Shown here piece after piece: positions 38,355 through 51,162 of a stretch of DNA of 64,000 bases; positions within the stretch are counted from its first letter, which is position 1; every line of letters begins with the position of its first letter. The notes beneath the pieces were generated by a model. The model was given only the letters and a program-made list of their open reading frames with translations. It had not been told where the DNA came from and did no database searches. The DNA is from Ginglymostoma cirratum. Its lineage: Eukaryota. The position numbers were made by a program, and so were the translations under genes. The stretch covers positions 35,942,767 to 36,006,766 of the forward strand of contig JAHRHZ010000289.1 of the NCBI GenBank assembly GCA_024137785.1, read 5' to 3'.

Positions 38355-39150
38355 AAAGACCCTGACAACATTCCGGCAATAGTATTAACAATGTATTCTA
38401 GAACTTGCCTCACCCCTAAGCAATTCAAATTCAGCTATATCACTGGCACCTACCCGACAAGGTGGAAAATTGCCTAGGCACGCACTGTACACAAAAAAGA
38501 CAGCACAAATCCAACCTGACCAATTACCACTCCACCATTTTGCTTTCAATCCACAGTAAAGTGATGGAAGGACTTATCAACAGTGCTATTGAGCAGCACA
38601 TGCTTAACAATAACTTCAATTTGTGTTCTGCCACAACCACCCATCGCCTGGTCTCACCACAGCCTTGGTTCAAACATGAATGAAAGAGCTTAACTCAAGA
38701 AGAAAGGTGAGAGTGACTGCCCTTGATACTAGGGCTGCATTTTGCCAATGGTGGTATCAAGGAATCCCAGCAGAATTAGTGCCAATTTGAATTGGGGAAA
38801 CCACACTCTGCTGGCTTTAATCATGCCTAGCACAAAGGAAATTGGTTATGGATTTCAAACATCCATCATCTCAGCTCCAGCACCTCTCTGCAGGACATAC
38901 TCAAGAGTAGTGTCCTTGGTCCAACCATCTTCAGCTGTTGCATCAATAAACTTCCCTTCATTATAAGGTCAGAAACAGGAACGTTCACTGATGATGGCAT
39001 AATATTGAACAATATTTGTGATCGCTCAAATACTGAAACAGTCCATGTGCAAATGCGGCAAAACCTGGGCAATATTTAAGTTTGCGCTGCCAAGTGGTGT
39101 GAAAAGCTCATGCCACGCAAGTGCCAGGCAATGACCGTTTTCAATGAGAG
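38355..39150 (+). mobile_element. Older copy of the L2/CR1-group LINE, RT region
   Basis: Colinear with ~26920-27670 (SKVMEGLINSAIEQH; ALD...FCQ). Interrupted by a CR1 at 39151. Confidence 0.75.
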
Positions 39151-39745
39151 CATAGGAGTTGGGAGGTCATGTTGCAGCTGTACAGGAAATTGATTAGGCT
39201 GCTTTTGGAATATTGCATTCAATCTGGCCTCCCTGCTATAGGAAAGATGTTGTTAAAGTTACAAGGGTTCAGAAAAGATTCACAAGGATGCTGCCAGGTT
39301 GGGGGGTTTGAGCTAAAGGGAGAGGCTGAATAGCTCGGGGCTATTTTCCCTGCAGCGTCGGAGGCTAAGGGGTGACCTCATAAAAGTTGATAAGATCATG
39401 ATAGGCATAGATACAGTGAATAGTCAAAGACCTTTTCCCCTACATAGGGGAGTCGAAAACTAGAGGGCATGGGTTAAAGGTGAGAGCGGATAGATTTAAA
39501 AGGGACTTAAGGGGCAACTTTTTCACGTAGAGGGTGTTGCATGTATGGAATGAACTGCTGGAGGAAATGATGGAGGCTGGTACAATTACAACAGTCAAAA
39601 GGCATCTGGATGGGTGTATGAACAAGAAGGGTTTAGAGGGATATGGGCCAAACGCTGGCAAATGGGATTAGATTAGTTTAGGATAGCTGGTCGGCATGGA
39701 CATGGTGGACCGAAGGGTTTATTTCTGTACTGTACATCTCTATAA
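39151..39745 (+). mobile_element. CR1 LINE 3' part
   Basis: Closely homologous to 50190-50790. Confidence 0.85.
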
Positions 39746-40039
39746 TTTAACTATTACCCCTGAACATTGAATGGTATTATCATCACTGAATCCACATTAG
39801 TGACATTTTACGGCCATCACCATTATCCAAATTTATTGCGCAGCTGTGGATTACATGTTGAAACAAATTATTGTAAATATAATTTATTGCCCATTCCTGT
39901 CACTAAAACCTCTTTTGTATGCCTTCCTCTCTTCACTGCAACATAGACAGCTGTGTCTTTAGACACCTGGGGTAGAGTTATCCTGGTCTGAATAAGGGTG
40001 ACTGAGAGTGGGCAACTAAGAGAAATTCTTGGTCAGTGT

Positions 40040-40248
40040 TAACAAGGTGTGGGGCTGGATGAACACAGCAGGCCAAGCAGCTTCATAGGAGCCGGAAAGC
40101 TTGAAAATGGTTTTCTGATGAAGGGTCTAGGCCCGAAATGTCAAGCTTTCCTGCTCCTATGATGCTGCTTGGCCTGCTGTGTTCATCCAGCCCCACACCT
40201 TGTTATCTCGGATTCTCCAGCATCTGCAGTACCTTTTATCTCTGATAC
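40040..40248. mobile_element. Inverted PLE pLTR insertion with hammerhead core
   Basis: Inverted arms. CTGATGA-A-GGGTCTAGGCCC-GAAAT-GTC at 40115-40142. Flanked by AATTCTTGGTCAGTGT at 40024-40039 and 40249-40264. Confidence 0.85.
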
Positions 40249-40502
40249 AATTCTTGGTCAGTGTGTTGATTTCATAGAATTCCTGCAGTGTGGAGACTGG
40301 TCCTTCATCTGCTGTCCCCATGATGATTGCCACGAAGGCAGTAGGAGAGGGTAAGAGTCAAATGGCCTGGACAGTAATCCTGCCCACAGAAACAATCAGG
40401 CCAATTAAAGAATTCTTTTAGACCCTGACATTCTTTCCAAAGTTTTCGCAGGGGCATTTATTTAATACAGACCAACCAGCTCAAAGGTAGTGAGAATAGG
40501 GT

Positions 40503-40690
40503 CATAGAATCATAGAATCCCTACAGCATGGAGGCAGGCCATTCAGCCCAATGAGTCCACATCAACCCTCCAAAGAGCATCCCACCCTGACCCATACCCC
40601 TGCTCTATCCCTTTCACCCTGCATTTCCTAAGGCTAACCCATCTAGCCTGCACATCTCTGGGAAATTTAACATGGCCAATCCACTTACTT
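40503..40690 (-). mobile_element. HE1 SINE 3' part
   Basis: CATAGAATCATAGAATCCCTACAG tail and HE1 body. Confidence 0.75.
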
Positions 40691-42907
40691 TGACTGGAGA
40701 ATGCAACTTATAAGTGAAGAGGTTCAGTGGAGTGGAGTGAGCCAACCCCATTAAAAAGAAGTAAAAAAAAGTTTATAAATAGTCACATTCTCATTCTTTC
40801 TCGAGTTTCACATCACCATCTGCCTTCTGAAATATGAAGAATCAGCATGGTTAATTTTTCCTACTTTGAAAATTGCTGACCAAACAGAAGCCACAGCAGT
40901 AGTCACTGAAGAGAGTGAGAAGGTGCCCTGTCTGGAGAAGGGTCTAGCCCTGAAACATCAGCCTTCCTGCTCCTCTGATGCTGCGTGGCCTGCTGTGTTC
41001 ATCCAGCTGTACGCCTTGTTATTTCTGTTTTTCCAAATGCCCACTTCTGCTCCTTCCATCCCCACCACGATTTGATGAGAAGACTCAACACTGACTGAGT
41101 TCACACCTTTCCTTCAGTAATGAGCTTCTACTTCCTGTCAAAGAGGGTTCAGAATCCAAAAAAAAACTCTCTTCCCGATTCAGCTCTTCACTGTGAAAAT
41201 CTGTCCCCTAGTCTCAACACATGAAGAATCATTCTTAAACTCCTCTCCCCCTTTGCTTTTAAAATCTACTTTCAGATCTTTAAATCTGCCCCTCAACGAA
41301 GCTTTTAGTCACCCCATAGATTACTTCTCCTTTAGCTCAACATTTATACTTTCCTTACACATTTGTTGAATGCATTGGAACATTTTCCCAAATTCAGTCT
41401 TTGTCACAATGGCAATGTGAATAATTTTAGGTATCTACCTTCAAAAGGGCACTACTGCATTATTGGGAGAAGTGGCAAGTCTTAAGCCTGGGTTGTCTTG
41501 GGGAAGGAGGAGTGAAAAAAAACCATCAAATTGTGTTTGGTTGTGTTGAAGGTGACATGCCAACCCTTAGTATGGCCGGTGGAGGTAACTAAACTAGGTA
41601 CTTGCCTCAGACAGAACCATCCCAGGTGTAACAGGTGCGGAGAGCGGACTTCTAGATAAAGCAAGTAATATTAAATCAAGCTAAATTCTTTACAAAGGAG
41701 CTGGATAAACATCTGTTAGAGAACAAGATTGAAATATATAAGGATGAAATTAGACAACGTTGGCTGGAAATTAAATGCTGAATGAACCTTGCCAGTATGT
41801 GCAGCACGTGAAATCTACTATGAATGAATCTACTATACTGTAAGACTAGATTAATAATGTGACTTTTTCATGTGAAATATTTTGGGTGACATGCTTGAAC
41901 GTTGCTGGGATTTCTTTATTCATTCATGAAACGTGAGCATCGCTGACTAGGCCAGCATTTATTGCCCATCTCTAATTGCCCAAAAGGTGGTGGTGGTGAA
42001 CCACCTTGCTGAACCATCGCAGTACATGTGATGATGGAAGGACACCCATCACACTCTTCAGTGATGGGGGCACTGAATTTTTAGAGTGATGGTCAGGTCC
42101 TGGTACAGTGATCTGCAGGAGTCAAAATATGAGATACTTGCACAGAGTACCCAAGGTCCTGCGTCCATTGTAGTTATATCAAGTACCAGGGTAAGCATTG
42201 GTCAGTGGTACACCCAGGCTATTGATGGTGGGTCATTCGATGATACAATACTGTTGGGCATCAAGGAGAGGTGGTTAGATTCTCTCTTGTTGGAGAAGAT
42301 CATATTGGACATTTGTAGTGTGTGAATGATACATCTACTTATCCACCTGAATCTGTCTGTCATTTAGATGCTGTAGTCAGTCTCATAATTCCTGGAATAG
42401 GTAAATGGGAATGTTGAAATGTGTCAGTCTTTATACTTTGGATCTCTGTCCAGTGTCTCATGTTGAAAATATTGTTTGTGAGTATGTGAAATGTGAGATT
42501 GGGAAAGTGCAGAGGGAAATCTGCATAAAGATTTTGCTCTTTTCCCATATTTAACAGGTTACACCACATTTGCTGTGACATCATGTAGTAATAGCAGTTC
42601 CAGGTAAATTAGTCAAATGAAAATGATCTGTTGATATGCTGTGATGTTCTGCAATTTAAGGTACTGTATTGAAATTAGTAAAATGAAATATCAGATGAAC
42701 GTCTGCATTGCAAAGTGTGTTCTGGAAATCGAAACCCAATTCTAAAGTAGCATTGTGAATCTCTCCCTTCTTAAGCTTACTGTTCTTTACCAGACCAGTT
42801 AGTTGCTAAACTTCTTTAAATTGACCAGGAACTCCTGTTGGATGAGCCTCTCCCTATGTTTTAAACCTGATATATCTGTTTTCTGTGGTTTAGCTGGCAG
42901 GCTGCAA

Positions 42908-42927
42908 GAACATGTGCATACATGTCT
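42908..42927. promoter_or_regulatory. Candidate p53/p63 response element
   Basis: GAACATGTGC-ATACATGTCT: two RRRCWWGYYY half-sites, zero spacer, 18/20 match, both cores CATG. Confidence 0.4.
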
Positions 42928-43249
42928 TCAGCAACTAAAAAGTACAGAGGGTGGAGCTGTATTGCTGCAACTATTCAAGTCTACATCGGCGCAGTACGGA
43001 AGAAAATTGTCAGTCACCTCAGAAAGTTCTCTGTCTAATTCTAACGAGAGGAAGGATGATTATCATTAATAAAGCAACGAAATGAGAAAGGAGATGATAA
43101 CCAAGGTAAAAATTAACATTTAGGAATGAGATACAATAAAAGTGCTCATTAGAGAGGCATAGCAAACATATTTAACAATGAGATAAAATAATGAACTTGC
43201 CATAAAGTAAACTTGGTAACAATTGGAAAAAGGAAAATAAACGTTCAAT

Positions 43250-43510
43250 GAAATGGTCTTTCACGATGTCAGGACATTTCAAAATGCTTTTCAGTAGATC
43301 TTGCAATGAGATGGTGACGGCTTCTGTTTTAGTGAAGTGAGTTGAGGGATAAATATCAGCCAGGGCACAGCAGAGTGTCCAGGGAACTTTTGAATTCACT
43401 AGTGAGAGAGGACAGAGCTTTGATTTAAAATCTAATCCTAAAGATGATACCTCTGATAAAGTAGCATTCCCTCACACTGAAAGTATTAACTTAGGTTGGA
43501 TGTTAATGTC
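43250..43510 (-). mobile_element. Decayed DeuSINE/SacSINE1-like SINE
   Basis: GTTGAGGGATAAATATCAGCCAGGGCAC is the antisense of the Deu-domain region seen at 55070-55505. Confidence 0.6.
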
Positions 43511-44848
43511 TCTGGATTTAAACTAAGAAGGAATCTTCAAGAAGGACTCAGATGTAGTTCTTAAGGTTAAAGAAACAAAGGGTACAGGGTGAAAGTAGGA
43601 GTGAGGTACTGAGTAGAATGATTAACCATGAGCATATTAAATTGCTGAATAGATTTGAAGGACCAAATAGCCTACTCCTATTTTCTATGCTTCTATGACT
43701 CCAAAACCTGCTAACTCAGAAGTGAAAGTGCTGCCACTGATCCTAGGTTGATAATGAGTACAGTTATATTTCTATAGCACCTTACCAAGGTATGGAATGC
43801 TGACACTCAAGACATATAGACCATCCATATCATTGAAACCAAAACATATGAAGCAATATCACACGGCAACAATTGGGATGAAAAGTCTTAGGGCCTAAAG
43901 AAAAGAACTGCTTGTTTTAAGTTGAGGCTTACAGGGCAGCGATGTTCTGCCTGATTTGAGAGCTCTTGCTTTCGCACATATTAATGATACTGGATTCTCT
44001 AAACGGCCAATGTAGAACAGAATTCTAGAGGTCAAAGGGTTTCATGTTCCAGCCCTGGTTTGTGTTGAGGTAGATTATCTCAGCAGGGGTAATAGTAGTC
44101 CATGCTGCAATTAGATCAAAGTTGTTGAGCTAGGGATAGTGGTGGCATGGAGAAGGAACATTAACTATGGGTTCCTTTCCTGATTGTTAATTTCAACTGG
44201 AAGATGTTTATACACAGATATTGAATGAGGCCCATATAAAATTAGTCTGTGATGACTTCACAGTGGAAAAACCTGCTACCACTCACCGCTAGGGTTACCT
44301 TAGGAGTGACTGCCTGAGTGCAGTTGGCTCCCATGGGAATGTATCTGAGCTTGAGTTGACACCATTATCAAATCAGGAAAGAAAACTTTGAGAGGCAAAG
44401 ATTAACCCCACTGCCTTAGAGCTCAGCTAAAGCAGAGAAAGTGAGAATTTTCAAATGTTTTGCCTACTCCTGGCATTTAACAAATTACAGGAAATCCAAT
44501 TTTAGTAGCATATTAAAAGTATTATTTAAATGTTTGTTTCCTCAAATCCTATCCTACTGTCACCCGAATCGTGTTCTTGTAGAGGTGAGCAGTTTTGAAC
44601 AGTATAACAGTGGTACAAAGAGTAAGGATTTGGGAGTTGTGGTTAGATAGTGAGTCACCCAGCTCAGTCAGGGGAGTGTCCACAACAATTAACTGTTTGT
44701 TAGCAATGCACATGATTACCTGTTCTTTTTGGCAGGAACCATGGTATCTTCCCAAATGACCGCTCCTCGACTGTTGTGTATTTACCACCTCTACCTGTAT
44801 GTGGTACTGGATAAACTGCCCTGCACAGTTCTTAACAGTTGCCTGGGC

Positions 44849-45430
44849 ATGACTGTAAGGGAAATTTTAGTGCACCTGAAGGCCGTGATGAATGGGATGT
44901 CACTCAGGCGGGATGTCTTCATCCCCCAGGGCCAATAGTGGAGGCTGCGACACCAGAACATTGCCAGCAGGGTCTGAGGTAGCCACCTGGCTTAAAGCAG
45001 TCTCTACAATCTGGTGGAATCCAGTGTACAAAAACGGTCAATGACCTTCCCCATTCTACCGTCTTCTCTTCAATTACTCACACGCACACTGCCTCTGCTA
45101 CCGCACTCACCACCCACCAAGGACTATGTTCTATCACTCTAACTATTGCCTATATAATGTCTTGCCTCACTCACTGGCCCTCACCTCAACCTGCAGCACC
45201 ACTAACACTGCATGCCCTCTGTTGCTGCCGACTTACCCTCTGAGGACATCTCCCCATCTATACCAAAAGTAACAGATAAGCCACCCACTTTCATTTCCCT
45301 TAAAACCTGCCTTTCTTCCATTCCATGGGGGAAACAGCCCACAACAGGGCAGAAAGCATCAAGACGAGCGTTGGGCTGCCTGACATTCGCTCCACGCCCC
45401 CTTAAGTGGAGAGCATCCTGACTCTGGCCC
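44849..45430 (+). pseudogene. Decayed two-exon Myb/SANT-like gene of a PIF/Harbinger-type transposon
   Basis: With frameshifts: LKAVMNGMSLRRDVFIPQGQ...LPAGSEVATWLKAVSTIWWN..QCTKTVNDL (to ~45060). After a pyrimidine tract: ETAHNRAESIKTSVGLPDIRSTPP*VESILTLA (~45328-45430). Confidence 0.65.
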
Positions 45431-47189
45431 CTCCAAGCAGCTGGTTGACTGTGGCCACAGGACTCATATTGGAGGCTGCCCTTGACTTATTGTTACAAGC
45501 CCCTAACCGAAGGTTATCCTCCTGAGGACTGCTGACGTCCATGGCTAGCTTCCTGGCTTAGTGTCTGTGCTAATCAGCACCGCAGTGCAGCAGTACTGTG
45601 AGCCTGGTATCCCTGGCTGGTGGGTAAAAGCTCAGTAATGCGAGGCAAAGCAGCGATACTGTGAGCATCCAGGGAAGTTCAGAGTATGAGTGCATGTTAT
45701 GACAGCAAGCAAAAAGCCTGTAGGTGCAGCCTGGTCCAGTCTATGAGATGAGTGCATGTTCCTGAGTGCCCAGTGGCCTTGCTGCAGTGTTACAATGAGA
45801 GTTGTCAGTAAAGCCAAGGTACAGCATTGAAGTTCAAAAGCTTCATGTCAGTGGATTGGAGATGTGCCATGAGGGTTCTTACGGACTGGCACATGACAAT
45901 TTTGTGGTGATGGGGCAGTTGTGTCTGGTGCCCATACAGCATGCCCTGAGATGTTGGTGGCCAGTGTGTAATATAAAAGGTTCTCTGGTCAACCTGAAGT
46001 TGTTAGGTACAGGTCTGACTTCCATGTTGAGAATTCTCAATGATAGGAAGCTGCTTCTTAATGAGATGAGGTGCATTTAACCACCTATAGTCCCCTTAAT
46101 TGGCAAGTCACGGCTAGCTAGTGAGACACATGCCTTACTGCTTGGCAAATGCAATAAGTTGCTTCCAATGTCAAGATAGGGGTCTCCGGACTTCTTGCCC
46201 ATTTCCGCCACAAATTTTGGCAAAGCCCACTTTGCTCATGCCTCTATAAGATTCATGCATATTTCTGAGGATCTTACAGATGTACAGATACATCTGCTCC
46301 CCCTGAAAGGGAGAGAATTCCTTGTTTCCAACCACAAGTTGTGTACCACTTAAGTAAAATGGATGGGTCATTGTAACATGAACATTAACCCTTTGTGAGT
46401 CATTACCTTATACTGCACAGCTATGAAGGATTTATTGATTATTTTATTGTATTCTACATCTTAGTGCGATGGCCTGCCCAAGTGTGAAGGCTAGGTTCAC
46501 AATAAATGCTTGCCTGAACCTCAGTCAGAGTGGGATTTACCACCTCTTCTTTTGCTTCTCCAGTGGACATCACAGGAAAGGAAAGACTTGCTCTTGGTTA
46601 CCATCAACCCCAGTTCGAAAACCCAATTAATAATAAATAAGTTACAGCATGTTGTACGTAACAAATGAGGACCGTTATGGCCCCTCCTAGGATAAAATAA
46701 GCATCACTGTTATGAAACAAAGGGTGACATTGGCTACTATTGGTCTGCTGGCACAAAGCCAGGCAAAACAAGAGCGCCAGGACCATTTCGAAATTGGCTA
46801 AGTTCAATGGTTTCCATTTAGATCCATCAGGGCGTGGGCACTGACCAGGCAGCTTAGAACTGAAGTCAAAGTTAATTTGGGGTTGTGACTCTGATATAAA
46901 GGGAAGTGATCAAGAAGGGGCAAGCGGGAACTGGCAATGTTACCTGGCATTGCTTTGGAGCCTGCAGAATCCTCATTCTGACCCCCCATTCAAGGTATTT
47001 AAGCCACTGCCAGACAATGTTCCCATCTCCTGACCCAAAGACCACCACTACCTCCCGTCTGAACAACTGCGAATTCCAGCATTGTTTGTAAATCTCCGAT
47101 ACTTTTCTGACCTGCTCTTTGTCAGTGTTTGCTCGCTTTTTCCTGTTCAAAGTCGGCCCTCTCAGGACAGCCTAGGTAGTGAACATTTT

Positions 47190-48262
47190 CTAGCTTTTCA
47201 AATGATATTCGCACAGAAGCTGAGCTCCAGATTATTGCCAACCCTTCTTCCAAATCATATGAGAAAATTAGTCTTTGATTAAACACTAAGGTAATCTTCC
47301 AACCAGCTCCCACTGCGCAACATCAGTACCTGTCAATTAAGATCAACAATGACATTCTGGAAAATATGAACCACATTCCATATTTTTGGAGTCCCCTCAC
47401 AATGAAGGCAGACGATACTGAAGACCATCATCATTGCCTCCCATATGCTAGCTCAGCCTATAGCTCAGTGAGGAAAATTAAGATTTGAGAACAGTAACTT
47501 CAAATTTGAGAAGGGGATCATGGTTTACCAGACAGCAGTGATCCCCACGCATCTATGGAGACTTAGATGATGTAAAGCAGGCTCCTCAAAACACATAACA
47601 TTATTTCATTAATGGTGCCTCTAAGCAGTGCAGCCACTAGGAAGCTCCATGCACGTTGATCAGCTTGGTGGGCTTCTGCACACAGACCTCAGAGGTCCAC
47701 ATCATGGAAAATGTAAGTTGGAGAGAATATTGCAATAGAATCTTTGCAAAACACTAAAAATGTATGAATGCAGGAAAGGCAATACAGTGCTAGTAAACCA
47801 ATATGCCTAGTACTGAAATAACAAATCACTCAAAAACAACTATATTTAGCAATAAATGACAATCAGGTCCAGACAGCAGACTCTGAAAACAACTGGTCTA
47901 CGCTGAAATTGGTTTTGGTAGGAGACTGCATGGAGGACAGGAAATCCTCAAAGCATTTGAGAAGAGGTCAAACATAACCATCTAATCATGGGAAACCTTG
48001 ACTTATGATGGACCAAAATAGAGAAAGTGCATTTGGAAAAGCACTGAGCATATCATGATACTTTGCCAGGAATGTGCAAAGGCTAAGCCAAGGCTTTAAA
48101 TAGAGCACACAAAACTTCTAATTCCTCATCTATCCAATCCTTCAATATCCACCTACTCCATACATGCCAACAGATTGCACATTGGAATTATCAGCCATCT
48201 CACAACTCATCAAACTGGAGTGGAAGCAAGTTTTCCGCAATCCTGAGGGACTGCCTAAGAAT
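47190..48262 (+). mobile_element. Decayed RTE-clade LINE
   Basis: TEAELQIIAN...TKVIFQPAP in the RT domain, and a 3' HIGIISHLTTH motif like that at 7135-7345. Confidence 0.7.
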
Positions 48263-48870
48263 TCCAATCTTGGAGAAGTTTAGCTATGTCCCTTTCTATG
48301 TTCATCACATACACATATGCACACATACCGACACGTCTAGAAATCAGAAGGAACAGGAGCAGATATTATTCCATAAAGCAAGAAGCAAATAGTTGTTCCA
48401 TTTTTCTTAGACATCCCTAACTTAAATCACAGTAGTGGAGCACTGATAAAGGACCAAATCCAATCTTAGTTGCAGGGTTCAAGGACACACTTGGATAATG
48501 AGCTATCATCATTTCAGATAAGAAATGGTTAGAAAACAAAACATTTTGAAATAGTGTCAACATTCACACAAATGTTGTAACTTATCTTGTAGAATTTTAT
48601 CACATTTACTAAATTGGATACGATGATTTTCATCCAATATCCAAAGAATGAATTAAAAAGAAAAAAATCGGAGTGTGCATTCCCAATACAGGCAATATAG
48701 TGTCACTTTTAAAATAGCTGAACAGAAAATTTCTCTTGGTTAGAGCTGTTGCTTATTTCATTGTCAAAATAGCCAACCTCACAATCAAGAACAAGATGAT
48801 TTGAGAATTCTTTTACTAATGACATAAGATAACCAGAACATGGAATTAGAGAAATGAAGTTTCACTCAGT

Positions 48871-49100
48871 GGGAAACAAAAACAAATTTGCTTGGAAAGC
48901 TCAGCAGATCTGCCAGCACCTGTGAAGAAAAAAAATCAGAGTTAACGTTTTGGATCCAGTGACCCTTCCTGTTCTGAGGAAGGGTCACCGGACCCAAAAC
49001 GTTAACTCTGATATTTTTGTTCACAGATGCTGCCAGACCTGCTGAGCTTTTCCAGCAGCTATGTTTTTGTTCCTGATTTACAGCATCTGCAGTTCTTTTG
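48871..49100. mobile_element. Inverted PLE-terminus insertion, family 2, with hammerhead core
   Basis: Inverted arms centred ~48970. CTGAGGA-A-GGGTC(ACCG)GACCC-AAAAC-GTT at 48974-49003. Flanked by GTTTCACTCAGT at 48859-48870 and 49101-49112. Confidence 0.8.
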
Positions 49101-49857
49101 GTTTCACTCAGTTGCTGATCTCAAAACCAGGGAATGTGAACAGATTTTGAAATGCCAGACTCGCGACTTATTCTTAAAAACTTCCTGCGAATACTGTAAG
49201 GTGTTAGCCCTGGAGCTAATGCATATTGTTCTGCAGGAAGCTTTTAGTTTGGAACAAGACTGAATGAAATTAATTGTCAAATCAATGTGGTAATTTGAGC
49301 GTGGAGCTGCAGAATGTAGACCAAGTTCTTAAATGTTTACTAGTGAGATGGACAATGTGAGTACCGAAATCAGACAGAAGGGCGATGATACTCTTGAAGA
49401 AATTAACACAGACAGAGAGGAGGTTCTGAGTGGTCTGGCAGGATTAAAAGTAGATAAATATACAGGGCCAGATGAAATGCATCCTGGGCAAGGGAGAAAA
49501 TATCAAAAGGACTGGTCGTAATTTTCAGTGATGGGATACTTGCCCTTATTAGATAAGGCATGGAGTTTAAGAACAGGGAGGTTATGGTCTAACTGTATAA
49601 AAATTTGGTTAGCCCACAGTTACAATATTGTCCCCAGTTCTGGAATCCACGTTACAGGAGGGATGTGATTGCACTGGAGAGGCTGCGGAGGAGTTTTTGC
49701 CAAGATGTTCCAAAACAATGCAAAAGCTTATAAAACAGTAATTACTGCTCCTAGAATTCAAGGAAATCAGCCCCAACACTGAAAAATCTCAAAAAAAGAG
49801 CAGCTCTTATAGCCATAAGTTTTTCCCATCCTCCATCTTGGATTGCCCAGAATCCTC

Positions 49858-50792
49858 TGGGTTAGTAAGCTTGCAGAAGACACCAAACTTGGAGGTGCAG
49901 TGGACAGCAAAAAAGGTTACCCTAGAATACAACGGGATCTTGATCAGATGGGCCAAGGGGATGAGGAGTGGCAGATGGAGTTTAATTTAGATAAATATGT
50001 GGTGCTGCATTTTGGAAAATCAAAATAGGGCAGGACTTATACACTTAATGGTAAAGTTCTGGGGAGTGTTGCTGAACAAAGAGACCTTGGACTGCAGGCT
50101 CATATTTCCTTAAGAGTGGAGTTGCAGGTAGATGGGATCGTGAAGAACGCATTTGACATGCTTGCCTTTATTGATCTGTGCATTGTGTATAGGAGTTGGG
50201 AGGTCATGTTGCAGCTGTACAGGACATTGGTTAGGCCACTTTAGGAATACTACATGTAATTGTGGTCTCCCTGCTATAGGGAGAATGCTGTGAAAGTTGA
50301 AAGGGTTCAGAAAAGATTTACAAGGGTGTTGCCAGTGTTAAAGGGTTTGAGGTATAGGGAGAGGCTAAACAGGTTGGGTCATTTTCCCTGGAGCGTCGAA
50401 ATGTCAGAGGCTGAGAGGTGACTCATAGAGGTTTATAAAATCATGAGGGGCATGGATAGGGTAAAGAGACAAGGTCTTTTCCCTGGGGTGGAGGAGTCCA
50501 AAATTAGGCATAGGTTTAAGGTGAGAGGGGAAAGATTTAAAATGGACCTAAGGGGCAACTTTTTTCGTGCAGAGGGTGGTGCATGTATGTAACGAGCCAC
50601 CAGAGGAAGTGGTGGAGGCTGGTACAATTACAACATTTAAAAGGCATCTGAATGGGTATACGAATAAGCAGTATATGGGCCAAATGCTGGCCAATGGGCC
50701 TAGATTAATTTAGATTATCTGGTTGGCATGGATGAGTTGAACTGAAATGTCTGTTACCATGTTGTTCAGCTCAATGACTCTATGACTCTATG
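49858..50792 (+). mobile_element. CR1 LINE, RT C-terminus to 3' end
   Basis: VSKLAEDTKLGG...QRDLDQM...WQMEFNLDK; ends GACTCTATGACTCTATG. Confidence 0.9.
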
Positions 50793-51162
50793 TTCCCTGG
50801 ACGAGAGAGTTTTAGTTCTGAAGAGAGGTTGGGTAGACTTGTTGTTTACCTGGGAGCAAAGCAGACTGAGGAGGACATGGTTGAGATGTATAAAATTATA
50901 TGAGGAGCATAGATTGGTTAGTCAGGGGACGGAGAGAACAATAACCAAGGTGCATAGATTTAAGGCAAGGAGCAGAAGGTTATGAGTGGATATGAGAATT
51001 TTTTTTCACACAGGGTGGTGGGAATCTGGAATTCTATAAAGATGGTAGAGGCAGAATCCCACATAACATTTAAGAAGCATTTAGATGTGCACTTTCAATG
51101 CCAAGGCATAAAAGACAAGACAATGGGCCAAGTGCTGGAAAATGGGATTAGAATAGTTAGGT

